The notes under the pieces are model-generated. The model did no database searches. It had not been told where the DNA came from and saw nothing but the letters and a program-made list of their open reading frames with translations. Position numbers and translations under genes: made by a program. A DNA stretch of 64,000 nucleotides from Elsinoe ampelina (lineage: Eukaryota), in the NCBI GenBank assembly GCA_010093995.1, contig ML992501.1, positions 2,685,194 to 2,749,193 on the forward strand, given 5' to 3'. The number at the start of each line of letters is the position of its first letter. The stretch's first letter is position 1. This document shows, piece after piece, positions 48,727 to 60,603 of this stretch.

Positions 48727-49554
48727 CGTGACTTTGCTGCAAGCCTGTGTATATGGAAACAGTAGACGGTCCGAGATGGTGCTCAAGGTGGCTCTCTGGT
48801 CAAGTTATTCCCCAAGCACAAGATTAACGATTAGACAATGACGATTGGCTGCAGGTCAAGCTCCGAGAAAAGCAAACGGCGAGATCGTTCTGCAGATTGG
48901 CAGATTTGTAGATTAGCGACTGGAAGGTATCGGATTTCAGTCCGTATCAAACATGAAATTACTGCATATCAGGCGAGATCGGATTACAAGGCAGGTACAC
49001 AAGTTACCTAGTGTAGCATCCGCAATGTATGGAAGTGATGACGAATGGTCCAAGATTTATCCTGCCGTTCCCTCGGTAAGCAGTGGACAGGCTTCTAATT
49101 TATGGGCAATAGGATATCAGATTTGCTCGGGTACGCGGAACGTGTGAACAATTTGATCGGGTTGTTCGACTGATCCCACGAGCTTCCATGAGGGACAAAC
49201 GAATCACAGCCCTGAGGGCATTGGTAGTCGTGCCTTGCAGACAGAGAGAAATGGAAGTCGTGAATGGTCGTCTCGCGTACAACTGCCAATGTTCAGCGTG
49301 GTCACTCCGGCAAAAGTTACCAACTCAAATTAGGTCGGCGGGAACTTGAAGCAAAGTCCGACATCTTTTTCAGAGCTCTCACCATCTTTATCACCTTGCC
49401 GCCTATCGCTCGTCGAACAATTCGCTGGTCCGATCCACTCAGTTCCTGTCCGAAGACGCGGACTCATCAGGTCATCACGTGTCGCATGATCACCGACCAC
49501 TCCGAGTGAGGTCGCGCCGCTCAAGCAGAGCCGGTCGCTTGACCACGAGCAACC

Positions 49555-52342
49555 ATGGCGGTTCCGAAGGCTTTGAACGCGAAGTCGCAGCGCGAGATGC
49601 ATGATGAGATAGCTCCGTACGGTTCTTGCATACTTTGTGAAAGGTCCTCGCTCATCTAGACAGATTCCTCAAGCCCGAAGCGATACCTGCGAAGCTCCGT
49701 TGTGCGACCTGCAGTCAGTTGAATCTGAATGCTTCCAAACTGCCATGCTGTGATCAATCAATCTGCGAGACATGTAAGAACACTACCTGGGCCATTTGTG
49801 ACAAATCATTGACGCTCTCAGGTTCCCAGAATCTACCGGAAACATGTCCGGTGTGCACACATTCCCCATTCGATCGCACACTTCTCAGCCCTCACAAAGC
49901 GCTTCGTATGACGGTGACGGCGTTCCTACGCGCCGAGATCAAGAAGCGCGCCCCCAAGGCGGAGCCTGCCAAGCAGAAAGAGGAGATCAAGCTGTCTGCA
50001 GAGCCGGAGAAACCTGCTACAACAGTCGAGATGGTAGAACCTGTCCAGGCAGATCCATCGGTTGATTCAAGTCGGGAGGCTGATGGAAAAGTGGTAGGTC
50101 ATTGTCGTTTGCTCACATCAGGGTGATCGTTGATTCATACTTGCAGGACCAAGAGCTGCACCCAGCTGTGACCACGCCAATGGACGCCGTCATATCAATC
50201 GAAGCGGCTGAGCCTGGCGTAGAAGTCACGGAAGGTGTTGTCAGCAATCAGGATGAACATGCTCATGAAGAAGCCGGAGAACAAGTTCCTGGCGATGCCA
50301 ATAACGAAGGGGACAACGCTGGAGAGGTTGATCAGACATCTTCAAATATGAATCAGATGCAGATGGGTATGCAAGGTTCTGGATTTGGGGGGTTCAACAA
50401 CATGATGGGTATGTCTTTCTTCCAAATCGCTGCCGCGCCTCGACTAAAGCTCGTAGCAGGAATGCCAAATATGGCAATGGGAATGCCCAACATGTTTGGT
50501 GGATTCGGTGGTCTGGGTATGGGTAATATGAATGCTATGAACATGAGCATGATGAATGGCTACGGCTGGAATGGTCAACAAGCCTACGCAGGCAACTATG
50601 GATACTATCCCAATGATGGATATAATCAGTCCTTTGGTAACGGGATGCAGCAGTACCACAATCAAGGAAATTACAATCGTTTCCAGGGTCAAGGTTCTTT
50701 TCGAGGACGTGGTCGCGGATTTCGCGGTCGTGGGAGATTTAATCAGAATTACCAGGAGTTTCATAATCAACAAGGATGGAACGGTGACGGCACGAATGGC
50801 GCATTCCACGGTGGTGGTCAGCAGGATTATCCAAACCAGGCTGAGGATGAGGCTCCGACAACTGCAAACGAGCATTATTCTGCCAAGGATGCAGGAGGTG
50901 TAGAGCACGAAACTAATGGTGTTACGGAGCATGACATGGGTACAAATTACCAACTACCGGACGATCCTCAACCTGATACGACCAATACTAAAGGCATTCA
51001 TGATCTCTTGTCTGCTACTAGCGACCCAACACTGGTACGTGAAGAGTCACAGAAAATGGACAAGCCGGCGCCGGTGATCCCTACACCGGAGCCACCTCTC
51101 AACGCACCCACTGGACCAAAAGCTATGCGCGAGCCGCGACCAAGGCGAGCAAGTCATGCCCCATTCGTCCATGAAGAGCGTCGGCCATCTATCGCTCAGT
51201 CCGAGCAACAGTCACATACTTCTCACGATGACTATCGAGAAGAGAAGCACTCTCGCCACTCTTCCCGTGATCGTCATTCGAAGCGGGATCGCTCGCGCTC
51301 ACCACGTCGTGATGAGGAGAGCGATGAGTATACTCGGGACCGCAAGCGTCGCCGTGACGAGAGGGAGGAAAGGTACGCGGACGATCGCCATCGCTCGTCC
51401 AAAAGCAGTCGTCATGGGAGGGACCGATCACGTTCGCCAGCGAGGGATGAAAGTGGTCATGGCTCACGTCATGGCAGAGAAAAGGATAGATCATCTCGTG
51501 ACCATCGTGAGGAAAGGGAATCCGGACGGTCCAAGTATGATCGGAAAGAAAGATCATCCAAGCATGGAAATAGGCATGATCGGAGGGACGACCGAGATTC
51601 CGACCGTGATCGTCGCAGACACGAACGTGAGGATGACCGTCCAAGCAAAGACAGCTCTCGGTCTCGTCGTAGAGAGTATGAGTACGAGGACAAGAGCTCC
51701 AGACGCTCTGAAAGATCCGGCAGAGGCGAAAACCTTCATCCCGATGACCACGATGATGTCGAGTCGTCCGACAAACACTCTAACGGTGACCGTCGCAGAT
51801 CTAATCAGACTGGGTCACGGGACCTTGGCTCACGCATTGAAGCTGGAAGACGAGTCCGTCATGAGAAGGACGAGCGGAGACCAAGTGTGAACGATAGACC
51901 AGCTCCCATCACACCAGTGGATGATGGGATTGGTTTCAGGATCAAGGGGCGGGGAAGCGTTGATGTCACCAGCAAGACCATAAGCAAGACAGACACAGCG
52001 GAATCTCCTACCGCTGCCAGGCCAGAGGCTAGGCGTAAGGAGAAGATGAATGGGGCGAAAGGAGCAGTCGAACGAGGTGCTGAGCCAGAGCAATCGGAGC
52101 CTGCTACTGATGTAGATCCATATGCAGCAGAACGCGAAGCTCGGCAGAAGGAGAGGATGGCAAAGGAAATGAAGCGCCGGGAGTCTGCAACTCTGGGCAA
52201 GCGAGGCCGAGACGAATTCGACCCTCCCACGGGCCCTAAAGCAGAAGTGAGAAAGCGTGGTAGGGGCAGCTACCATGACGACTACGAAGAGGACGATTCT
52301 CGCCGCGAAGGCAAAAACAGACACAGTGGGCGCTGGAGGTAG
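49555..52342 (+). CDS. RING-like zinc-finger protein with M/G/N-rich, RGG and RD/RS-rich low-complexity regions (probably RNA processing); multi-exon
   Basis: The spliced N-terminus reads IPAKLRCATC...LPCCDQSICETC...CPVCTH. Also an FRGRGRG repeat, PxxPTGPK motifs and a long Arg/Asp/Ser-rich tract. Confidence 0.72.
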
Positions 52343-53024
52343 CCTCTCTACTTCTTCTGATACCGTGTCGTGCCCTGGACCCGCCACCCTCGCTGAATCA
52401 TGCATGGACTTTCGCTGGGAAGGAGCATAGTGTAGGATATCCATTTGCTTTATTCTGCTGCCTCCAAGTCGATCTGCGGCACGACTGTCGATCATGAAGT
52501 AGCTGGAGGCATTCGTTTGTACAATAGGTCAAACACAGACATCCAAGCAGGAGGGATATCTGCTGAGCCAACTCAGCGATAAGCATAGCTCACCGCCGAA
52601 TAGACACGCTACAACCGTGTGTCAACCAAGAAACAATTGTGATGCCTGGTGATGCGTGATCTGTCGCGTGAACTCCGTCGTGCAAACGCCCAACTCCGCA
52701 AGTTTGATTGACCTGCCCATTCGGAGAAAGTGCGACCCGAGGATCTGACATGCAGAGACACCGCAGAAACTCAAGCAATTTCTGGTAGGATCTTGCCTCG
52801 ACGGGTCCCGTCCTTTATCGCTGAGATGCTGCTGATTGGCAATTTGGAGCTGTTAGGCTTTCGGCAACAATGCAAGCCCTCCAGAGCCCATTCGCAGATT
52901 ACCTTAGGTAGATCACCGCCTATGGCACCTTCAGGCCTCAGGCAACAGCTTTGACACGCCTGATAGATATGTACAGGTCCTTGACATGGTCTGGGAGATG
53001 TTCTGAAGACCATACGCGTCCATC

Positions 53025-56000
53025 ATGGACTCACTCTGTCCCCAAGACTCGTCTCTCGACGTGATACCACGCGAATGCAAGGGCAGCATTGGCTTCACGC
53101 TAGCCTTTGAGAACTACATTCTTGTTCTCATCCCGGGTGCAATCTTGTTACTGTTGACGCCCTTGCGGCTGAGAACAATATGGTCGAGATCGATCAAGGT
53201 TGTCAGTCCTACTATTCTGCAGGCGGTGAAGACGGTGAGTTGCCCGACACGTCCTGCTTGCGTGCTGCGCTGACAACAACAACAACAGCTTTCATCGCTA
53301 TGCTTCGCAGGCTTCAGCTTGGCCATTCTCATCGTCAGCACCCAGCTTGATGATCAATGGCGACGCAGCGAGACCGCCGCTGCGGTAGTGTCGTTTCTGG
53401 CTGCGCTGGTTTGCCTCGGCCTTTCGCATCTCGAGCACTTCCGATCAGTCCGACCAAGCATACTGCTGCAGCTCTACCTCATGGTAGCTGTCGTTGTCGA
53501 AGCAGTTCATCTCCGGACAGTCTGGATCAGAAGCGACAATGTTATCCTCAAGTCAGTCTGCGCTGGCCAGCTTGCATCATGCGCAGTCTTCCTCGCCAGC
53601 GAATCCATGGACAAAGAATCTATACTGCTCGGACACAAGGTCAGATCGCCTCAGGATATCAATGATCTGTTCAGCCAGCGTCTTTTCTTCTGGCTGAACA
53701 ATCTCTTCGTCCAAGGCTACAGGAAGATACTGGCACCAAAGGATCTCTACAGCATTGATGAAGAGCTTGCATCACCAGAGACACAACGGATCTTTCGCCT
53801 CACGTGGCTGAAGAGACACGAAAAGCAATCGGACAACTATCTTTACTTCACACTTCTGTTGTCGATGAAGAGATATTTTTTGTTCCCGGTCGTACCCCGA
53901 ACGCTATTGCTCGGCGTCAACTTCGCACAGCCATACCTCATCCAGCGTTTCGTAGCATACGTCGGGAACGCTGCGAACGCTCGACCGAATGAAGGACCAC
54001 TGCTGGTGCTTGCAGCGTTCTGTATGTACACTGCCCTCGGCACTACACAAAGCTGGTACTGGCAGGCGTGCAATCGTTTCGAGACCAAGCTGCGGGGTGT
54101 CCTTATCGCAGCCATACACGAAAAAGCATTACGGACAAGACCTTCATCCGAGTTTTCACCACTGATGCTCATGAACGTTGATGTCGAGAAGAGTGTCAAC
54201 GGTTTGCGCTTCCAACACGAGTTCTGGGCTGTTATGGTGTCGATGGCTATCTCGCTGTATTTGCTGAAGGGCCAAGTCGGCTTGAGCTTCATCGCCCCAA
54301 CCATCTTACTTGCCATCATTGCAGCAGCGGTATCTCAAAATGGGACTCAAGTGGCACCCAAGACAAAGGTCTGGCTTTCGAGTACTCAAGCTAGAGTATC
54401 TTTCATCACTGGCGTCATTGCTGCCATGAAGAATATCAAGTTGATGGGACTGGTCCGCACCATCCAAGACATGGGCACCAAGCTACGACAGAAAGAAGTC
54501 CTTGCCCAAAAAGACATTCGCAAGGCCATTTTCTTCAACATCATGATAGCGCAGTTCACCTTCCAGCTCTGTGCTCTGGTGCTGTACGCATCATATGCTA
54601 TTCAGGTGACAAAGGGAGCACCGCCCTTGACCAACGCCAACCTGTTCTCGTCCATGGCCATCTTGAAGCTCTTCACCACTCCGCTCATCTCGACCATCCA
54701 ATATGTTTCGCAGATTGTGCAGGCTGCTGCTGCATTATCGAGGATATCAACGTTCCTCGGCTCCGAGGAACACAGTGATCCTAGAACTGAGGCCGACCAG
54801 ACGCAACTAAGCTTCGCCGCAGGTGCTCCGACTGTTGGCTCGCAGCAGCCTCTACTTGCTGTACTTCAGAAGGTCACTGCTGGCTATACCGGAAAACCGG
54901 ATGCTCTGACCGACTTCGACTGCACAGTGACCAAGGGTCAGCTGCACCTGGTCATTGGCGTCGTTGGTTCGGGCAAGTCGACTTTACTCAAGACAATGGT
55001 CGGGGAGACCGCTGTCACATCTGGAAAGGTGCTCATGTCCACATACGATACCTCCTTCTGCGATCAAGTTCCTTGGCTCTGGAACGGATCCATAAAGGAG
55101 AACATTCTCGGCGAAGAGGATCTCAACGAAGGATGGTTCAACCAAGTCATCTGGGCTTGCGGATTGAACGAGGACTTCCGGCAACTAGCAAAAGGTGCAG
55201 AGTCCAAGTGTGGTGATGACGGCACTGCTTTGAGTGGCGGGCAGAAGAATCGTATCAGTCTTGCTCGGGCTGTCTATTCCAGGAAGAAGCTATTCGTTGC
55301 GGACGACGTCTTGTCCGGCTTGGACACTAGGACGGAAGCTCTTGTTCTTGGTCGGGTGTTTGGCCCGTATGGATTGCTTCGGAAGACTGGCACCACTACC
55401 TTGCTAGCCACCCATTCAGTTGGCTGGCTTAAGTACGCAGACCAAGTCATTGTCGTTGACGGCGGCTCAGCTGTGTACCAAGGACCACCAACTGACTTGC
55501 CATCTCGATTCGCGCCTTTGATATCGCACACCTCTGCTATCAAGGATGAAGAATACGATGCTGCAGCCAAGGAACCGGCCACGACCTCCAAGACTACTGA
55601 CGCCGAGCCCACAGAAGAAGCCACCACAGTACCTCGTGACAAGCATATCTACATCGACTACCTGCGCTCTTTCGGGTTGAAGCTACTTTTGTGGTTCACC
55701 ATAGTCAGCTTGTTCCCCGCAGTCTGCACTGCCATGGAGCAAATCTGGCTGAAGTGGTGGGCGGCCGCCGAAGCTACTTCACCATCTGTATTGGGCATGT
55801 ACGTTGGCGTATTCGGCACCATCATCGTCGTCCATATTCTTACCATGATCGGCGAGATCTGGACAGCCATGATGCAATTGTTTCCTCGCTCTTCCATCTA
55901 CCTGCATGCTATGCAGTGGACCGCTCTTATGGAAGTCAAGTTCTCTTCGTGGGGTCTCATGGATAATGGCTCCGTGGCGAATCGCTTCAGCCAAGATATG

Positions 56001-57395
56001 ACACTGGTCGACATGCAGCTTCCCAATGCCTTTCTCAACTTCTTCACGCTGTTGCTACAGCTCATCTCAATGGTGGTGATCATCATCATTGCCGCGCCGT
56101 TCATCGCCGCCGCCTTCCCAGTGCTGGTCGGGGTGTTGTTTGTCATCCAGGACATCTACTTGCGGACTAGCAAACAGCTTCGTGTCATGGACCTGGAAGC
56201 CAAAGCACCTTTGTGTCGCCACTTCCTCGAAACAGTCGGCGGCGTAGTAACCATCAATGCCTTCGGCTGGAGCGAGAAGAAACGCGACCGCAACATCCAG
56301 CTCCTCGAGGAAAGCCAAGCCCCCTTTTACCTCCTCCTCAGCATCCAACAATGGCTCCAACTCGTCCTCGATCTCGTCGTCGCTGGCCTCGCCATCGTGC
56401 TGATGAGCATCTGCGTCGCCATCGCTGACCGTCTTGACGCAGGCTACCTCGGTCTCGCGCTGATCAGTATTATGGATCTCGGCCAGTTCTTGAACTACTT
56501 CGTCGTGTCTTGGACCATGTTCGACACCAGTCTCGGGGCTGTGGCGCGCATCAAGGACTTTTGCAAACGCATGCCGCGCGAACAGCAGGGTGGCAGGGAG
56601 GTGGGGAAAGATTGGATGGCGAGTCCGACGATTGAGATTCGGGATCTGACGGCGAGTTATGCGGAGGGGAAAGAGGTGATTCTGCGGAACGTGGATCTGG
56701 TAATTCCGCCCGGGAGGAAGGTGGCGGTTTGTGGGCGGACGGGGTCGGGGAAATCGAGTTTGGCATCGGCTTTGTTTGGGTTGTTGCATATCCAGGATGG
56801 GGCGATCTTTATCGATGGTGTGGATATTCAAGAGGTGTCGCAGGATGAGTTGAGGGCGAGGATGGTGGCGTTGCCGCAGGACGCGTATTTTGCTCCTGGG
56901 ACGGTGAGGGAGAATCTTGCGCTGAGGAAGTTGGAGAGGGAGTTGACGACGGATGATATGATGCTTGCTGCTCTTGAGAAGGTTGGGTTGTTGGAGAAGT
57001 TTGAAGCTCTTGCTGTGGCGTCTGAGGGGTCGCTGGCGGGCGCGTTGGATGTCGAGCTGGATCCGAGTAAGATGTTGACCAAGGGTCAGCAACAGCTGTT
57101 CGCTATGGCGAGGACGATATTGTCCAAGGGGCAGATTGTCATGATCGATGAGGCGACTAGTGGTCTGGATAAGGAGAGCGATGATAAGTTGCAGGAGTTG
57201 TTGAGGGGCGAGATGAAAGGGAAGACGATCATTGCGATCGCACATCGGCTGTCGACTATCATGGACTTTGACATTGTACTCGTCATGGATAAGGGTCGAC
57301 TGGTAGAGATGGGCCCGCCGGAAGAGCTGAAGAAGAAGGAAGGTCGGTTTGCTGAGCTGGTCAGGGGTGGCGGAGACGAGCCTGGGCTGGAGTGA
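53025..57395 (+). CDS. Full-length ABCC/MRP-type ABC transporter (intron ~53236-53289)
   Basis: NBD1 has GVVGSGKS, LSGGQ and VADD. NBD2 has GRTGSGKSS, LTKGQ, IDEAT and IAHRL. NRFSQD in TMD2 and an N-terminal FTLAFE extension typical of fungal ABCC proteins. Confidence 0.93.
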
Positions 57396-58100
57396 GAGTG
57401 AGCGATTATCAGGGCACCACGGAGACCAGAACAGGGAATAAGGGGTCAAAGCTCAAGCTGATATTTACGCTGGACTTCACTCGCACACAACCTTTTCTCT
57501 CTTGGTCACCTCAGCGAGCTTCAAAACAGCGTACTACCACGGCGCAGATCTCTCTCTTCTCTTGCTCGCAACAATCATACCAGCTATCAGACCAATAGCA
57601 TCATCAGCAATCAATTTCTGAAGCACAAACGTCCTCTGCATAAGCAAGACACACAAAGATCCAAAGGTTCGTTTGCCTCACTTTCCCATACACAATCAAT
57701 CATACCGGGACCTCTCGGGAGGCAATTACAGCTTCAAATGACTGCAGATGATGAGTCTGCTGCTCATTTGAAGTTGCAGCAAGAGATGGTATAGCAAGCT
57801 CGCCGACGACCTGATCAGCCTGGTGGCAACTTCACTTCCCGACCCAAGACCTACCATATCAACATGGCAGCGACCTTGGTAAGGATCGAGGCGTGATCGA
57901 AGGTCACTATCGACCTAGGCGATTTGGTCGTCGGCTTGTACTGCCTTTTCCACATGACTTTCCACACAATCGAGCTCACAAGGGAGGACAACGCGTCCTT
58001 CAATGGCGAGCCAGAGGATTTGCAACAAACATATGCTAACACATTGCTACAGAGATCCTCCACCTCACCACCTCCCACCTCTCCCTCCTCTCCCGCCACC

Positions 58101-59230
58101 ATGTCCGCCCCCCCCTCCGCCTCCCCCTCCGCCTCCTCCAACCCCCCTCCCGCCCCCACCGCCTCTCTTCCGCCCCCCGCCGCCTCTCCAACTGTCGTCC
58201 GCCTCCCCGGCCCCTCCGACTGCAGTATCACCCTCCCCTGCGGCACCGTCTTCCTGGCCCCCCTCCCGACCCTCCTGCGCATCCCCCTCCTCTCCTCCCT
58301 CTGGCGCGGCCCGCCCTCCTTCACGCGCGCCTCCTCTTACGCCCCCGGCCGCGACTTCCCCCTCCGCGACGTCTCCCCCGCCGCCCTGCGCCGCATCCTC
58401 GCCCGCGCGGCCCGCGAACCCCTCTCCTCCCTCCCCGCCCCCACCCCGGCCTCGCTCCTCGATCTGGCGCGGGCGTACGTCCTGCTCCTCATCAAGGACG
58501 AGCCGACGTGGAGTCTGCGGGGGGCGTTCGCGGCGCTGGACCCGGGCGGGCTCGACGCGTTCGAGCTGGCCACGTGCGCGGAGGCGGCGGCGAGGCTGGG
58601 GTACGGGGCCGAGTTCGGCGCCGCGGTGGGCCGGTTGGTGTGGGTCGAGGGGTGGATGATGTGGGGGAAACAGTGGCGGGGCGGCGTGTTCCCCGAGGGG
58701 TCCATCGCTGGCGGTGAGTCGTTGGCCTTTGCCTGGAGGTTTCTGATCGCGTACTGACGGGCGTAGACATCGTGACCATGTTCTGGGAAGACGCCTGCGC
58801 GCGCGTCGACCAGGCCGTGCGCCAGTGGATGCGGGCCCTCCCTTTGTCGACGTGCGGGTGTGCGTTGCGCTTCTGGAACTCGCGCATGAGCGACCTGGTT
58901 GGTTCCGCGGGACGGTTCGGGCTGGGGTACGTCGTCAGGGAGGCGAGGCGTGTTATGCAGATGGAGATGATGGAGACGTACGTGGTGGATTCGTACGCCG
59001 CGGTGAGGGAAGATCACGTCGCCGCTGGGTGTAAGAATGAGAGCAGGCATGACGTTGAGGCGAGGCTGGAGTATGGACGCAGGAGGAGGTATGCGCTTTC
59101 GTTGTTGGTCGAGGTCGAGAGGGATGTCATGGGGGTTTGTTTGGGGTGTTGGGTGCCGGAGAGTGGGGCGGTCTGTCGTGGGGGACATAGGGGGGTGCAG
59201 TGGGGTGAGAGGAGGCATGGGTTCTGGTAG
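58101..59230 (+). CDS. Divergent BTB/POZ-like protein (intron 58714-58766), paralog of the 41595 gene
   Basis: SDCSITL...VFLA...LRDVSPAALRRIL...TPASLLDLARAY...AAARLG..FGAAVGRLVW aligns with the 41595 protein. Phase-1 intron. CxC and CxxC motifs in exon 2. Confidence 0.62.
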
Positions 59231-59612
59231 TTTTTCTTGGACGAGGGGCGAGGGGGACAAGACGCGTTGTCGGTGTCAAGCAGAGGTGGCGTGGCGGGCT
59301 GGTAGTATTTTGTCGTCGTCGGCATGGCTTTCTGCATAGCGGGAGTCGAGATGTGGTCGCGGTGGCGTGGTTTCTGGTAGTACTTTCTCGTCGGGGGTGT
59401 GGACGCATGAAGCATGGCACGGCGTTGTATTCTTGGTGGCAGGCAATCTGGTAGTACTTTCTCGCTGGCGTGTGGTTTTGAGATGCATGGCACGGCGTCA
59501 CAATCACGGTAGAGGTCAAGCTGGTAGTATTCTCTCGTCGACAATGTAATTACGGCAGACGTGGAGCAACATATTTTCGAACGTGACAGGTGATCTGGTA
59601 GTATTTCTGTAC
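59210..59612 (+). repeat. Periodic array of six CTGGTAGT(A)YT cores spaced 73-75 bp apart with diverged intervening sequence
   Basis: Cores start at 59224, 59299, 59374, 59448, 59521 and 59595 (spacings 75, 75, 74, 73, 74). Confidence 0.9.
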
Positions 59613-59847
59613 AATGCTATATTAAAAAGGTAGTGAGTTGATCACGAGAATAGGCGCTTCCTTGCGTCTGGTGCGCCAGACCTCAATCAAAGTCTATGGC
59701 AATATACCTCAAGGATAGAATTCCCCACACTCTTTTCACACCACATATCCTATTGAACGCCACCTTCGAGTTCCCGACAACCTCCTCAATCGTCATCGTC
59801 AGCCTCAGTAATTGCTTTTCTAGCCTTCGATGTCGCTTGTCGGCAAG

Positions 59848-60354
59848 TCAAGCCCTGTCGACAGCTCTCGATTTCCCTTGACAAGCTAAGCGCACCAGAC
59901 TTAGATGCCTCGAAGGCCCGAACGTCTTCTCACACATGAAGATCTGCGCAGCTCTGCACAGTTTGACTACATTGAAATCGCCTTCCTTCTCGAGGTCGAA
60001 CGAAAGTAGCCACCCTTCGACGACTGGACCGATGGGCTTGAGACAGTCAAACTTGTCGCACAACGCCGCGAAGTCAAGAATAGTTTCGGCGGTATCAAGC
60101 CTTTGACCGTCTAGCTTGAGGTGAAGGCAGCGGAGCATGAGTTCCATCAGACCCTCGTTATCCTCAGACATATGAATGGTGGGTGGATTGACGGTGGACA
60201 AGCTCTGTGATTCTGCAAAGCCGCTTGTGAACATTGCCTTGAAGACTTTTGAGCCATGACTGAGGATGAAGGACGATACGAGGTAAGACCTGGAAGGTTT
60301 GTCGTCTGCCGTGATCACGATGTCACCATGCTCGTGGAGCTTGATGATATCCAT
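59848..60354 (-). CDS. BTB/POZ domain protein A (short; lacks the C-terminal exon of its paralogs, possibly truncated)
   Basis: GDIVI...YLVSSFILSHGSKVFKAMFTSGFAESQ...ED...MLRCLH...LCDKFDC. Confidence 0.75.
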   Translation of the reverse strand: MDIIKLHEHGDIVITADDKPSRSYLVSSFILSHGSKVFKAMFTSGFAESQSLSTVNPPTIHMSEDNEGLMELMLRCLHLKLDGQRLDTAETILDFAALCDKFDCLKPIGPVVEGWLLSFDLEKEGDFNVVKLCRAAQIFMCEKTFGPSRHLSLVRLACQGKSRAVDRA

Positions 60355-60603
60355 TATAGTTGAACTCAACTGAGTATGAAGAAGACGTGACGATCAAGTG
60401 GAGGAAGGTGGATGAGTGGAAGATGAAGAGGAGAGAGTGCAAGAAGACTATTATTTATTATCTTGCTTCAGCATGTGACAGTGCTGCCTGTCAGATTCAC
60501 AGGCCCATGGGATGTGATTGAAACGACATGTCCTTGAATCCCGATGCTGACATCCACCATTCTTTCCACAATGCCGCAAACCTGTGAATAGCTCCGTACT
60601 CCG

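Noticed and set aside
26105..57395. Secondary-metabolite cluster built from the CoA ligase, oxidoreductase, hydrolase and ABC transporter
   Set aside because: There is no PKS, NRPS or terpene synthase backbone, and the genes are dispersed among housekeeping genes.
56067..57449. 460-aa antisense ORF (and similar shadow ORFs over LIA1, SCC2, SUV3, GILT and SOD)
   Set aside because: It lies opposite a well-supported gene, is explained by codon bias and GC skew, and has no recognisable motifs.
59014..59544. Minus-strand ORF with repeated (K/E)YYQ peptides as a repeat protein
   Set aside because: Unit lengths of 73-74 nt break the frame between copies, and the ORF overlaps the plus-strand BTB-like exon in antisense. 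It is most likely a by-product of the DNA repeat.
59210..59612. Calling the periodic array a true CRISPR array
   Set aside because: The host is eukaryotic, no cas genes are present, the core is short and imperfect, and neighbouring spacers are partly related to each other.
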